Assembly: GCA_963662405.2 (NCBI GenBank)
Contig: CAXXKT010000001.1
Location: 2,112,001-2,176,000 of the forward strand
Direction: 5' to 3'
DNA length: 64,000 bases
DNA from: Syntrophales bacterium
Lineage (GTDB): Bacteria > Desulfobacterota > Syntrophia > Syntrophales > UBA2210
Both the position numbers and the translations under genes were made by a program. The notes beneath the pieces were generated by a model. The model was not told the DNA's origin. It was given only the letters and a program-made list of their open reading frames with translations, and searched no databases. This document shows positions 50,465 to 60,851 of the stretch, in pieces (position 1 is the stretch's first letter; the number at the start of each line of letters is the position of its first letter).

Positions 50465-52993
50465 ATGGAATTTGACACTCTCTTCACAGCATACCGTACT
50501 GTTTGCAAAACGTATTCCGATCGCATCCTTTTTGAAAACCGCAAGATGACATTTGCCGAAACCTGGCGGAGCGTGGAAGCCCGGGGACTGTTTCTCAAGG
50601 AGAGCGGTTACGGCAAGGGAGATGTCATCGCCATTCTCTCCGAGACATCCCCTGAATGGTGCATAACCTACATGGCCGTTACGGCGATCGGTGCCATTGC
50701 CCTTCCGCTCGATACCAATCTGACTGCGGACCAATACCGGGAGATGTTACGAAGCGTGGAGGCGCGGGCGATATTCGTTTCCGCCGGATTGCAGGATCGT
50801 ATCACCCACCCTGCCGTATACGGGATAGAGGCCGAGTATCAGACACCCGGCACCGGTCGCCTGGAAGACCCGGGATTGGCGAAGGATGATATAGCCTCCC
50901 TCCTTTTTACGTCCGGAACGACCGGTATCCCCAAGATTGTTTCCCTGACCCAGGGCAATATCCTTCATGTCGCCCTGGTATGCACACGGCTGGAGGAATA
51001 TACCGAAGATGACCTGACGCTGGCGATGCTGCCGCTGTACCATGTATATGCCTTCGAATCCACGTTCATGGCCCCGCTTTTGACGGGAAGCTCCATTGTG
51101 TTCCAGTCTTCCCTGAAGGGGCCCGATATCATCCGCACGCTGGGAGAAAATCGGATTACCATATTCCCGGCCGCGCCCCAGATGTGGGAGCTGTTCTTCG
51201 ACGCACTGCTGACCAAGATCAAGGCCCAATCGATCCTGAAATACCGCGTCTTCATGTTTTTCCTGCAGGCGGCGCCCTTCCTCAAGGCCTGCGGTCTGAA
51301 CGTCCTCCTGCAGAAAATATTCAGCCCTGTGCACGACGTATTCGGCCGCCACATCCGTTTTTTCATCAGTGGCGGTGCGCCGCTCAAAAAAGAATATTTC
51401 AACTATTATCGCCGCATGGGTTTTTATCTCATGGAAGGTTACGGTCTGACCGAGACAACCGGCCCCATTGCCATTCCCTACTACAAGGAGGCACAGGCCG
51501 GGGCCGTCGGTCCGCCGATACCCGGCAATGAAGTGACGATTAAAAATATAAACGCCGATGGGATCGGCGAGATCTGGCTGAAGGGTGAGGCCGTCATGCA
51601 GGGCTATTATAAAAATGAGGAGGCCAATCGTCAGGCATTCGACGATGCCGGGTTTTTCAACACGCAGGATCTGGGCTTCGTGGACGGCAAAGGTCATATT
51701 CATATCACCGGGCGCGAAAAGAATGTCATTGTGCTGACATCGGGGAAAAACGTGTATCCGGAGGAGCTTGAACTGTATTTCAGCTCCTCGCCGGCCATCG
51801 CCGAGATCGCCGTCTTCGGACGGAAGATCGATGATCGGGAAACCACCTATGCGGTGATTGTCCCCACCGTCAAAGGGGCGGGAAGCTATGACGCCGTCCG
51901 GGAAGCGATAAGCGCGCTGAATGCACATCTTCCCTCCTATAAAACACTGACTCATCTTGCGCTTTCCGCCGATCCGCTTCCCCGTAATTCCACACGGAAG
52001 GTATTGATCGACGAGGTGATCCGCCTGCTGGATCAGGGGGTCTACCAGACCGATGCCTCGGGGACGGCAATCCCCCGCATTGTCCTTCAACCGACGGATA
52101 TCCGCGAGGAAGAGATTATCGGTGCGCTGGAAAAGAAGTTACGCGTCAAGACGCTCCATGCCAATGAAACACTGGCTGATTACCGGATCGATTCCCTGGG
52201 ACTCATCGAGCTCATCGTGTATCTTGAGGACTCCTTGGGCATTGCCGTCGACACGGAACAGGTCGATTCTTTGATGACGCTGGAAGAATTCGTTTGTTAT
52301 CTGACCTCTTGCCCCCGAGAATCAGGAGCGAATCTTGATGAAACGATTCTGAGGAGCCCGATTACGACAAAGACAGGGGTCTTCCCCAATCCCGTGAGCG
52401 AACTGGTGTTGTTTCTTGTCCGCAGTATCTCCCGTCTGTCCTGGGGGCTGCGAATCGTCAATCCGGAAGGCCTCGTTCCGAAAAACAGTATTATTGTCGC
52501 CAATCATCAATCGTTTCTTGACCTGCCCTGGCTTGTCGGATCTCTTCCCTATTCCCGGAGAAAGAGGCTCTTCATCACCGGGAAAATGGAGCTTTCCTTT
52601 CTTAAATATGTGTTCGCCGGCTCACCGATCCTCTTTGTCGACCGGCAGGGAAACGTCGTGCCGTCACTCAAGGCGGCTTCGGATATCCTGCGGAGCGGTG
52701 ACTCGCTGATTATCTTCCCGGAAGGGACCCGTACCGCCGACGGTACCGTGGGGGATTTCAAATCGGGAGCGGCGTACCTGGCATACAACCTCGGTAAAAA
52801 GATCATTCCCGTAACCATCAGGGGAGCCTTTGACGTGATGCCGCGCAATACCCTTGTCCCCCGCTTTTTTTCGGGAGTCCGGGGGGAGATGATTGTCGGA
52901 GAGACCATTGATCCTCAGAAATTCCCATCGGTTGAAGCGTTAAACAACCACCTGCACACCGTCATCTCGCAAGAGGTGCAGCGCCGGGCATAA
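50465..52993 (+). CDS. Long-chain acyl-AMP/CoA ligase-ACP-PlsC acyltransferase fusion
   Basis: FTSGTTGIPK, EGYGLTET, IDSL carrier serine, NHQSFLD, FPEGTR. Confidence 0.92.
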   Translation: MEFDTLFTAYRTVCKTYSDRILFENRKMTFAETWRSVEARGLFLKESGYGKGDVIAILSETSPEWCITYMAVTAIGAIALPLDTNLTADQYREMLRSVEARAIFVSAGLQDRITHPAVYGIEAEYQTPGTGRLEDPGLAKDDIASLLFTSGTTGIPKIVSLTQGNILHVALVCTRLEEYTEDDLTLAMLPLYHVYAFESTFMAPLLTGSSIVFQSSLKGPDIIRTLGENRITIFPAAPQMWELFFDALLTKIKAQSILKYRVFMFFLQAAPFLKACGLNVLLQKIFSPVHDVFGRHIRFFISGGAPLKKEYFNYYRRMGFYLMEGYGLTETTGPIAIPYYKEAQAGAVGPPIPGNEVTIKNINADGIGEIWLKGEAVMQGYYKNEEANRQAFDDAGFFNTQDLGFVDGKGHIHITGREKNVIVLTSGKNVYPEELELYFSSSPAIAEIAVFGRKIDDRETTYAVIVPTVKGAGSYDAVREAISALNAHLPSYKTLTHLALSADPLPRNSTRKVLIDEVIRLLDQGVYQTDASGTAIPRIVLQPTDIREEEIIGALEKKLRVKTLHANETLADYRIDSLGLIELIVYLEDSLGIAVDTEQVDSLMTLEEFVCYLTSCPRESGANLDETILRSPITTKTGVFPNPVSELVLFLVRSISRLSWGLRIVNPEGLVPKNSIIVANHQSFLDLPWLVGSLPYSRRKRLFITGKMELSFLKYVFAGSPILFVDRQGNVVPSLKAASDILRSGDSLIIFPEGTRTADGTVGDFKSGAAYLAYNLGKKIIPVTIRGAFDVMPRNTLVPRFFSGVRGEMIVGETIDPQKFPSVEALNNHLHTVISQEVQRRA

Positions 52994-53137
52994 ACCCGTG
53001 CTCCGCGGATACGCCGGAGAGTTGGCGCTGAGATGCGGCCTATCCTTTTTCCCCTCCGCCGCACACCGCCTTGCGGGAGTCTCCTGTTTAGGATATATTC
53101 GGACAATAACATCCCGGTTTTCACAAGGAGGAATGTC

Positions 53138-53992
53138 ATGGATAAAAAGGCGTTGATCGATATGTTGAACAGAGACCTGACCGATGAACACGCCGCGGTG
53201 GTGCGGTACCTCATCCACAGCTACCAGGAAGGGGAGGATACGCCGGTCGGTGCCAGTCTTCTCTCCCGGTGCCGGGAGGAAATGTGGCACATGCACTGGC
53301 TCGGGATGATCATCGGCGAGCTGGGGGGAGAGCCGGACTTCTCGATCGGACCGTATCCATTCGATCCCGCCAGCAGGGAGACGATGCTGCAATCCTATAT
53401 CCAGTATGAGGGGAATCTGATACCGCATTACAACGGCGAGGCGGAGAAGGTCGATGATCCCCATATCAAGCGTGTCCTGCGGCGTGAGGCCTGGGAATCG
53501 GCCATCCATGCCCTGCGCTTCCGGCGGTTGATCGAGAAACTTTCCCCCGCGGAGAGAGACGGTCTTCCCGAGGGTGACCACGAACTCCCTGCCTCCTTTG
53601 CAGACAGGCTCCAGGATGAACTCCTGAGAAAGTACAACGAGATGCTGCAGCACATTCGCATCTCGTGGGTCTTTCAGAACGAGCAACAGACGGGGTGGCG
53701 GATTATGGACCAGGCGATGGAGAAGATGAAGCACCTTGCCATCTTTGCCGAGTCCCTCGCCGAAGACGGTGTCGCACTCCCCTTCAAGGCGGGCTCGATC
53801 GACATGAGCCGTGCCGTCGGTGACTCCCTCCGGAAGGCCGTTGATGACCTCCAGGCGGGGGGAGAACGGTATCGGGCCCTGCAGAAGGATGAAGAACTTC
53901 TGAAACACTCCGGCATCGTCATGAAGATGGATCTGGCGGTTCAGCAGATCGACTATCAGGCCGAAGAGATCACGGGCTGGCTGAAGAAGTAA
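53138..53992 (+). CDS. Tandem ferritin-like (bacterioferritin-type) domain protein
   Basis: LIDMLNRDLTDEH, EEMWH, ESAIH; second degenerate copy (EKMKH). Confidence 0.78.
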   Translation: MDKKALIDMLNRDLTDEHAAVVRYLIHSYQEGEDTPVGASLLSRCREEMWHMHWLGMIIGELGGEPDFSIGPYPFDPASRETMLQSYIQYEGNLIPHYNGEAEKVDDPHIKRVLRREAWESAIHALRFRRLIEKLSPAERDGLPEGDHELPASFADRLQDELLRKYNEMLQHIRISWVFQNEQQTGWRIMDQAMEKMKHLAIFAESLAEDGVALPFKAGSIDMSRAVGDSLRKAVDDLQAGGERYRALQKDEELLKHSGIVMKMDLAVQQIDYQAEEITGWLKK

Positions 53993-54019
53993 GGGCCCTT
54001 TCGTCGCCGCCCCGTTTCG

Positions 54020-55315
54020 TCAGCATACCTTGCGGAACGTGGGGAATAAGAAGAAGAACGCCACGGCGAAGACACAGAGCAGGATGCCGGCGATTCCCAG
54101 GGAATCGGGGGTCCCGATCCCTTCGGCAAGGGCTCCGAAGGGGACCGCGCTGAGGGGCATGATCCCGAAGGTCATCATGGCCATGCTGACGATCCGGCCG
54201 CGCATGGCACGTGACGAGTATGACTGCATCATGGTCATGTTGAGAGACATGAAGACGGAACCTGCCAGCCCGATAACCAGCAGGACGGGAAGGGCTGTCG
54301 CGTAGGACGAGCATCGGGAAAAGAGTATCAGTGAACCGCCCCATACAAAGGCATTGATCACCAGGAAGATCCCGCGCCTCCTCAGGTGATCGAGGGAGGC
54401 AAGCCCCATCGCCCCGATGAGGGACCCGATGCCGACACATGCCATCAGGATACCAAGACCGTCCGACTCGATGTTCAGGACCTCCCTGCCCCATGCCGGC
54501 AGGAGCGCCAGATAGGGAAATCCGAAAAGGGCAGGGACGAGACTCAGGATGACCAGCCCGAAGAGGGGCGGGTTACCGGCGGCGTATTGAAATCCCTCCC
54601 GGATATCGGCGCCAATCCCCGTGTCGGGGCGGCCGCTCGATTGCGCCCGCCCCGTCTTGATCAAGGCGGTGCTGAGGGCGGAGAGGGCATGAATGAGGGT
54701 GATCAGGTAAAAGGTCCCCGCTGTGTCCAGATAGATAATAAGGACACCGGCCAGGGCCGGCCCGATGATCCGTGTTATGTTCATCCCCGCGCTGTTCAGG
54801 GAGATGGCGTTCATGAGGGCCTTGCCGGGAACGATATCCGAGATGATCGATTGACGACTGGGCATGTTGAAGGCCGCCAGTGTCCCGTTGCACACCCCCA
54901 GCACCAGGAGATGCGAGAACCGGATGATCCCGGTCATGTCCAGTATCGCCAACAGAAGCGTGAGGATGGCGTTACCGGTTTGACTCAGAAATATAATCTG
55001 CCTTCGGGGAATACGATCCGCCATGACGCCGCCCAGTATCGAGACGAAGGTGAGGGGCAGGGCGAAGGACATCATGACCAGTGCGAGGGCAAAGGGAGAG
55101 TCCTCGGTCAGGCGAAGGACGAGCCATCCGCGGGTGATCTGTTGCATCCCCACCGCCATGAAGGAAAGAACGGTACCGAGCCACAGCCACCGGTAATCGC
55201 GGTACTGAAATGACAAGAAGGCGCTTCCCCTCCTGCGGCCAGGGCCGGGCCGGGGTTCTGCTCCCTCTTCCCGGGGAGGCGGTTGTTTCTGCTGCTCTGC
55301 CTTGGGATCCGTCAT
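54020..55315 (-). CDS. MFS transporter (MFS_3/DHA3-like)
   Basis: YRDYRWLW, GGVMADR, NAISLNS, GPALAG, MRGR. Confidence 0.92.
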   Translation of the reverse strand: MTDPKAEQQKQPPPREEGAEPRPGPGRRRGSAFLSFQYRDYRWLWLGTVLSFMAVGMQQITRGWLVLRLTEDSPFALALVMMSFALPLTFVSILGGVMADRIPRRQIIFLSQTGNAILTLLLAILDMTGIIRFSHLLVLGVCNGTLAAFNMPSRQSIISDIVPGKALMNAISLNSAGMNITRIIGPALAGVLIIYLDTAGTFYLITLIHALSALSTALIKTGRAQSSGRPDTGIGADIREGFQYAAGNPPLFGLVILSLVPALFGFPYLALLPAWGREVLNIESDGLGILMACVGIGSLIGAMGLASLDHLRRRGIFLVINAFVWGGSLILFSRCSSYATALPVLLVIGLAGSVFMSLNMTMMQSYSSRAMRGRIVSMAMMTFGIMPLSAVPFGALAEGIGTPDSLGIAGILLCVFAVAFFFLFPTFRKVC

Positions 55316-55451
55316 AATTGCTGATGCCGAAAACCGTTCGGGCAGGTGAGGGCACCCCTTCTGAAAATCATATCGTACCGTTTCGTATCGGCCGGGGTGC
55401 CTTCCCCGGATCGGGTGAGACTGCCCTTTCTCGTGCCATGGTTTGTTTCCC

Positions 55452-55970
55452 TCAGCCGTTGTCTTCCTTGAGGAGGATCTTTGCCTGGATGAATATTCCG
55501 AGCAGGGCCAGGACGATGGCGATGGCCGTTTCCATCATCGGTTCCAGGATGAAGGATTCGGTAATGATCGATCCCCCGGCGACCGACGAGAGGATGATCA
55601 GGGCCCAGTCGAAGAGGAGGAAGAGGAGGATCGCACCGATGATCCCGCCACCGATGTAAGAGATCCAGAACATCTCCTGCGAGATGATCCCGAATGAGGT
55701 GACGATCATATAGGCTATGTAGGATCCCGCGAGGAACCCGGATACGAATATGGCGAATCCCTGGAGAAACAAGGCGATGACCACACCGATGGCCCCTATG
55801 ATGATTCCGACGGAGAGGGACGTGATAAGGGATTCGATCCCCAGGATATGGTCGGCCAGGGTAAAGCCGGCGATGAACCCGACGGCACCCACGAAGAACC
55901 AGAAGAACTTTCGCCCTGCCACCAGCAGGAGTATGCCGATCACGGCGTACATCAGCGGTGTTGCATTCAT
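55452..55970 (-). CDS. DUF4203-like membrane protein
   Basis: GRKFFWFFVG, WALIILSS, GIFIQ; RBS AAGGAGG before ATG 55970. Confidence 0.8.
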   Translation of the reverse strand: MNATPLMYAVIGILLLVAGRKFFWFFVGAVGFIAGFTLADHILGIESLITSLSVGIIIGAIGVVIALFLQGFAIFVSGFLAGSYIAYMIVTSFGIISQEMFWISYIGGGIIGAILLFLLFDWALIILSSVAGGSIITESFILEPMMETAIAIVLALLGIFIQAKILLKEDNG

Positions 55971-56055
55971 ATCAACCTCCTTTTCGGGACCGCTGTTCGA
56001 AAACGGGGGGGGGCCGCTTCGTGCGGATGGTTGTTCCGCCACTCCTGGCGAGGTC

Positions 56056-56991
56056 TCAATCCTTTTTCCCTTCACGGGCCTTGAGGGCTGCGTAGACCTT
56101 TTCATGGGCGGGGGCCGGCAGCCCGAGCCTCCTGGCATCATCGACGATGAATCCGGCGAAGGTATCGATCTCCGTGGAATTCCCCTGTTCAAAATCGCGC
56201 TGGTACGAGGTCTTGGCCTCGTAGGGGAAGCCCCGGACCTTTTCGATGGTCGCCTCCTTGATATTGTCGGGAAATCGTACCGTGTGGGCAGCGGCGAGGG
56301 CCAGCAGCTCATCGAGGAGCGTTTCCATCAGTCTCATCCCCTCGTCATCTTCCAGGATTGCCCCCATGGACCTGTCACGGAAGGTCGTCGCGTTTCCGAC
56401 GGGTGAGACAAAGACGTACTTTTCCCATGCAATATTCTTGATGTCACTCCGCAACTCGGCGTCTATGTCCGCCTTCCGGAACAGATCTTCCACCCGTTTC
56501 CCGTCCGGTTCCTCCTTCGTTTCGTTTCCGAAGAACATCTTGCAGGAACCGCCGACCTGCCGGCAGGACCCCGGCCCGGTCAGGAGAGAAGAGATATAGA
56601 CGCACCCGTTCCATATCCTCCCCTTCGTCAGGACGGACCGGAGCCTTTCGACGTTGTCCACCCCGTTCAGGAGAGGGATTACGATGGTATCATCCCCGAT
56701 AGCGGGGGTGAGCAGCTGTGCGCTCTCGGTAAGGCTGTATCCCTTGACGCACAGGAGGACGATGTCGAACGTCCCGCACCCCGACGGGTCATCGGTCGCT
56801 AGGTCGGGGTGGGCCGTAAAGTCCCCCTGGGCCACGCTTTTCACCTCCAGGCCATGTGCCTGTATTGCCTTCAGGTGTTCTCCCCGTGCGATAAAGACGA
56901 CTTCGACATCCGTATCGCCGCCGTACCGCCGTGCCAGCAGGCCGCCGTAATAGCCGCCCACGCCTCCTATCCCCATGACTGCTATCCTCAT
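56056..56991 (-). CDS. panE: 2-dehydropantoate 2-reductase
   Basis: GIGGVGG, RGEH, CVKGY, LLNG, WEKY, SYQRD, EID. Confidence 0.92.
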   Translation of the reverse strand: MRIAVMGIGGVGGYYGGLLARRYGGDTDVEVVFIARGEHLKAIQAHGLEVKSVAQGDFTAHPDLATDDPSGCGTFDIVLLCVKGYSLTESAQLLTPAIGDDTIVIPLLNGVDNVERLRSVLTKGRIWNGCVYISSLLTGPGSCRQVGGSCKMFFGNETKEEPDGKRVEDLFRKADIDAELRSDIKNIAWEKYVFVSPVGNATTFRDRSMGAILEDDEGMRLMETLLDELLALAAAHTVRFPDNIKEATIEKVRGFPYEAKTSYQRDFEQGNSTEIDTFAGFIVDDARRLGLPAPAHEKVYAALKAREGKKD

Positions 56992-57157
56992 TATAATACT
57001 CCTCTCACGATGCATGCCGGACATTTCGTGCTTCTCGAATGGATTCGACCCGACGAATATCTTCAAACAGGTTACATTCGTTACGAAAAAAGGTCAAGGG
57101 AAAGGTGAATCACGATCCGGACGCCGGAGGCGCCATGCTGTTGGCGCCGGGATCGGG

Positions 57158-58129
57158 TCAGGCGTCAAAGGGGAAGTCATCGTCCCGGTAGTTTCTTTTT
57201 CTGATCAGCACCCGGATGAATCCCAGGATGGTGAGAAGTGCCCCCAGAAAGAAGAGGATCTCATAGAGGTACATGCTCAGGTATGTGAACCACGTTGATC
57301 TCTTCCTGAGGTTCCTCAGCCACTTCGCTTCAAGCTCGTCGAGGGGGATGAAGAGACTGCGGTGGATCGCCTGATCCGGTGGGGTGCCCTCCCTCAGGTG
57401 ATTCAATATGTCCAGGATGCTATTGGCACCGAATTCCCTGACGATATACTCGATCAGGTCTCTGCTCTGTTCATATGCCGTCAGGAGCCCCCTTTCATCT
57501 GCGGGAAAATGTGTCGCCAGGTCCCTGATCCTGAAATAGTGCCCCGAGAGAACGGCCCGGGTCAGTACGAAACGCTCCCGGTCCATGATGATCTCCGCCA
57601 TCCCGCCGCTGACCCACTGGGCGACCCCCTCATCGAGCCATTTGGGCAGATTGGGTGTTCGTATGTGACGGTGGAGGAGGAGATGACACAGCTCGTGCTT
57701 CAACGTTGTCTCGAGGAGGGAAGGGGCTGCGGCCATCCGTGAATAATCGATGACGATGGCCCCGTTCCCGGGGAGGGCAAAGGCCGTAATGAAGGGACTG
57801 CCGGCCCTCTCCTGAAACGTTGTTCTGTCTTTGATAAGGAGAACCGTTGGTCTGTAGTCGAGATCCCACCCCAGGGTCTTGTGGAGCTGGGCTATCAGCC
57901 CCGGATAGATGGCCGCCAGCTCTTGTGCCGCCGGTCTCAACGGTTCGTCATAGAGGACGATGACATCATCTGTTTTGAGGGAGGCGTATGAAGCTCCCCA
58001 GAGGGATGCCGGGAAGAGAAAGAAGAGCCATCCCACCAGGAGGACAAGGAGGATGTGGCTGCGATAGACCATTCGAGACCTCGTGCGATGTGCGATGGCG
58101 TGGGTAAGCGGGGGGAGGTTGATCTCCAT
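57158..58129 (-). CDS. Membrane-anchored peptidase MA-like metallohydrolase
   Basis: HELCH, PKWLDEGVA, AYEQS; N- and C-terminal hydrophobic segments; start uncertain (58129 or 58072). Confidence 0.82.
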   Translation of the reverse strand: MEINLPPLTHAIAHRTRSRMVYRSHILLVLLVGWLFFLFPASLWGASYASLKTDDVIVLYDEPLRPAAQELAAIYPGLIAQLHKTLGWDLDYRPTVLLIKDRTTFQERAGSPFITAFALPGNGAIVIDYSRMAAAPSLLETTLKHELCHLLLHRHIRTPNLPKWLDEGVAQWVSGGMAEIIMDRERFVLTRAVLSGHYFRIRDLATHFPADERGLLTAYEQSRDLIEYIVREFGANSILDILNHLREGTPPDQAIHRSLFIPLDELEAKWLRNLRKRSTWFTYLSMYLYEILFFLGALLTILGFIRVLIRKRNYRDDDFPFDA

Positions 58130-58155
58130 CTCCTCTCGGCCTGCAGCCGATCCCC

Positions 58156-58356
58156 TTACCGGCGGAATAACCACAGAATCAAGGAAATAACGATGCTGAC
58201 CACGACCATGGTCGTTATCGGGACATATACCCTGACGTGGGGCTTGTTGACAACGATGTCGCCCGGGAGGCGGCCCAGGGGGAGCGACCCCAGCCACGGC
58301 CAGAGGACCCCCGCAATGAGTATAACAAGACCGGTGATGATCAGAATTCGTTGCAT
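58156..58356 (-). CDS. DUF2905 small membrane protein
   Basis: LGRLPGDI...YVPITT. Confidence 0.9.
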   Translation of the reverse strand: MQRILIITGLVILIAGVLWPWLGSLPLGRLPGDIVVNKPHVRVYVPITTMVVVSIVISLILWLFRR

Positions 58357-58419
58357 CGGTGTCTTGAGTGTGACCATCCTTCCCTTTCCACCGCCTTATA
58401 CCGTCCCTGATGACCTTTG

Positions 58420-59265
58420 TCAAAAGGTCATCGTCTCGAATGGGCGGATCATGCGGATCGCGCAATCGGGGGCGCTTGCGGAGATACACTTGAGGAAGCC
58501 TCTCATGTCCTGAAAGGGGAGGGGGCGTGTCGTGCTGGTTCCCCGCAGGGGCGAGGAAAAATCGTCGTAGTGAACCGGAACAATCACGCGCGGCCGGACG
58601 AGCCGGGGGAGGCGGGTGCAGTATCCCGGTGTCTTCTTCCACCCCGGGACGGCCATGAAAAGGACGTCACACCGGTGTCCCTCGATCTCCCGTTCCACGA
58701 AGCCGGCGCTCCCGCTGTGCATGAAGGTTACCCCCCCGATAGTCACCTTCGGGATGAAGACCTCGCCGAACCGATAATCGGAGATCCTCATCGGAAGACG
58801 GGATGCAGGGCTGATATCTCCCGGATACGGCCTTGTTCCGAAGAGAACCACCCCGTGCCGCGACCGGATCATCGTCACCGTCTCCCCTCCGGGGAGCGTG
58901 ATCTGTTCTCCCCCCTCGCATACGGTGACGATCCCCGGCCTTCCGTTCAGCCCCATCAGTGTCCCGAGACTGCGGCTTCCGATGACCTTGCATCCGAGGC
59001 GGTGTTCGAGAGAAGGGATATCGAGGACATGGTCGTAATGGGTGTGGGTCGCGATGATCGCCGTGACCGTTCCCCGGAGGCCGGTAACGTACCGGTCTAT
59101 CACATCCTCCCGGGGGGCCGGGTGGCCGAAGAGGAGGTCCCGTTTTCCCGGTCTCGAGTGGAAGGGGTCTATCAAGAGAGTCGTTTTCTCGTCCCTGATC
59201 TCAAGCCCGGCGGCGCCGGTCCAGCGAACGGTTACCATCGTTTTCCCTCTTTCTGTTCCCTTCAT
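58420..59265 (-). CDS. MBL-fold metallo-hydrolase
   Basis: LIDPF, THTHYDH, PVHYDDF. Confidence 0.9.
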   Translation of the reverse strand: MKGTERGKTMVTVRWTGAAGLEIRDEKTTLLIDPFHSRPGKRDLLFGHPAPREDVIDRYVTGLRGTVTAIIATHTHYDHVLDIPSLEHRLGCKVIGSRSLGTLMGLNGRPGIVTVCEGGEQITLPGGETVTMIRSRHGVVLFGTRPYPGDISPASRLPMRISDYRFGEVFIPKVTIGGVTFMHSGSAGFVEREIEGHRCDVLFMAVPGWKKTPGYCTRLPRLVRPRVIVPVHYDDFSSPLRGTSTTRPLPFQDMRGFLKCISASAPDCAIRMIRPFETMTF

Positions 59266-60796
59266 CCTTCTCCCCCGTCAGGAAGAACGGGGCGTGGTTT
59301 GAGGTGAAGACGGGTGGGTCTCTGAGGACGATGGATCTGATCGAGGGGTCCCTTTTGAAATCATCCTCCAGAAACCGCCTGACCCGCCCCCGGTACCACC
59401 CTCCGGGGTGCCTGAACTGGCGGTAGAGGGTCAGGTCGCCGTCATAGAAGTTCTCTGTTTCCAGTCCCGCCGTGTCCGGACCGTAGGCGGGGAGGTTGAA
59501 GACGGCGAGGTTCAGAAAATTGATATATGCATGGTGCCGCCTCACATAGTCGAGGGTGTCCCGCGCCTCTTCCGGCCCTTCGGCCGGTGTCCCGAAGAGG
59601 AGATACACATAGGTCCCGATTCCGGCCTCTTTCAGGGCCTTGAGGGCTTGTGATGCCTCCGCCAAGTCGATCCCCTTGTCGAGGGCTTCGATGACCCCCT
59701 GATTTCCCGACTCGAGACCGAGCTTCAGCAGGACACACCCCGAACGCTTCAGCTGACGACAGAATGCCGGATCGGTGAGGTGCCGGGTGATGCGGGCGAA
59801 TCCGTACCAGGGGATCCCGAGGGGATTGTCCCCAATCGCCGCCAGGAGCGCCGGACTCATGGCATTGTCGAGGAAATGGACGAGAGAGGGCTTCTCGCTC
59901 CCGATCAGTCGCTCGATATCGGAAAGGGTATCGTGGATCGAAGGGTGTGTGTAGCGATTGCCTTCCGCCTTTTCCGGGCAGAAGGTACATCGGCCCCACC
60001 AGCACCCGCTCGATGCGCTGTAGGGAAGGACGAATCCCGGCGAAAGATAGGGGAGGTCACGGAAGGGTGCGTAGTCCGGTACTGCATGCCTCCTTGAAGG
60101 GGCAATCCCGCACATCTCCAAGAGGGGTTCTTCCCCCGGCCCGGCCACCATCTCGTCCACGAGGCCGCCGAAGGGATTTTCCCATCCCGGTCGGCTGATC
60201 CACGAGGTCACCAGTCCCCCGCCCAGGACGATCTTTGCCCCCGGGAGGAACCCGCGTATGAAACCGATCAGGGAAAAGGTGGTGATCGCCTGGCTCAGGT
60301 AGGTGAGCGAGAGGCCGATGATCGCTGGCTCGTCGTTGTCACAGATCTCCACCAGTCGTCGGGAGAGGTAGGGGAAGAAAGGATTTTCCTCCGGTCGTTC
60401 GGCTGCTCCGATGAGGTCCGCACTGCGAAGGGGGGAGCGGGTGGTATCCTGGTAATTCGCCAGACCGATCTGTGCGTGGAAGGGACGGCCCGCCACGTCG
60501 AGGAGGCGGTTTAATTCCCGTACCGCCTGGCGATAGCGATCGATTTTTCGGTACCGATTCTCAGATCGGAGCACCGAAAGGTTGGCGGCTCGATGCCGGA
60601 GCGCCCGTTTCGACCACGTATCATCCGCCGAGACAGGCCCTTGCAGGAGGGCCATGAGTCCTTCGATGTTGGCGTCGAGCACCCGGCACCGGATGCCGTG
60701 CCCTTCCAGTGCGCCCACGAGCCGAGCAATCCCCGCCGGGGGCTCGCAGGGTCGGACGACGGGGGGATTTATCAAGAGTATTGTCGCTGGTTTCAC
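59201..60796 (-). CDS. B12-binding-domain-type radical SAM protein
   Basis: LLINPP, VLGGG, SSGCWWGRCTFC (CX3CX2C), GLESG, LFGTPAE. Confidence 0.88.
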   Translation of the reverse strand: MKPATILLINPPVVRPCEPPAGIARLVGALEGHGIRCRVLDANIEGLMALLQGPVSADDTWSKRALRHRAANLSVLRSENRYRKIDRYRQAVRELNRLLDVAGRPFHAQIGLANYQDTTRSPLRSADLIGAAERPEENPFFPYLSRRLVEICDNDEPAIIGLSLTYLSQAITTFSLIGFIRGFLPGAKIVLGGGLVTSWISRPGWENPFGGLVDEMVAGPGEEPLLEMCGIAPSRRHAVPDYAPFRDLPYLSPGFVLPYSASSGCWWGRCTFCPEKAEGNRYTHPSIHDTLSDIERLIGSEKPSLVHFLDNAMSPALLAAIGDNPLGIPWYGFARITRHLTDPAFCRQLKRSGCVLLKLGLESGNQGVIEALDKGIDLAEASQALKALKEAGIGTYVYLLFGTPAEGPEEARDTLDYVRRHHAYINFLNLAVFNLPAYGPDTAGLETENFYDGDLTLYRQFRHPGGWYRGRVRRFLEDDFKRDPSIRSIVLRDPPVFTSNHAPFFLTGEKDEGNRKRENDGNRSLDRRRRA

Positions 60797-60851
60797 TGCT
60801 TCTCCGCTTCCCGTCAGTGTGGTCTCCCCGCCGGGGTATCCCGTGGGCCGT

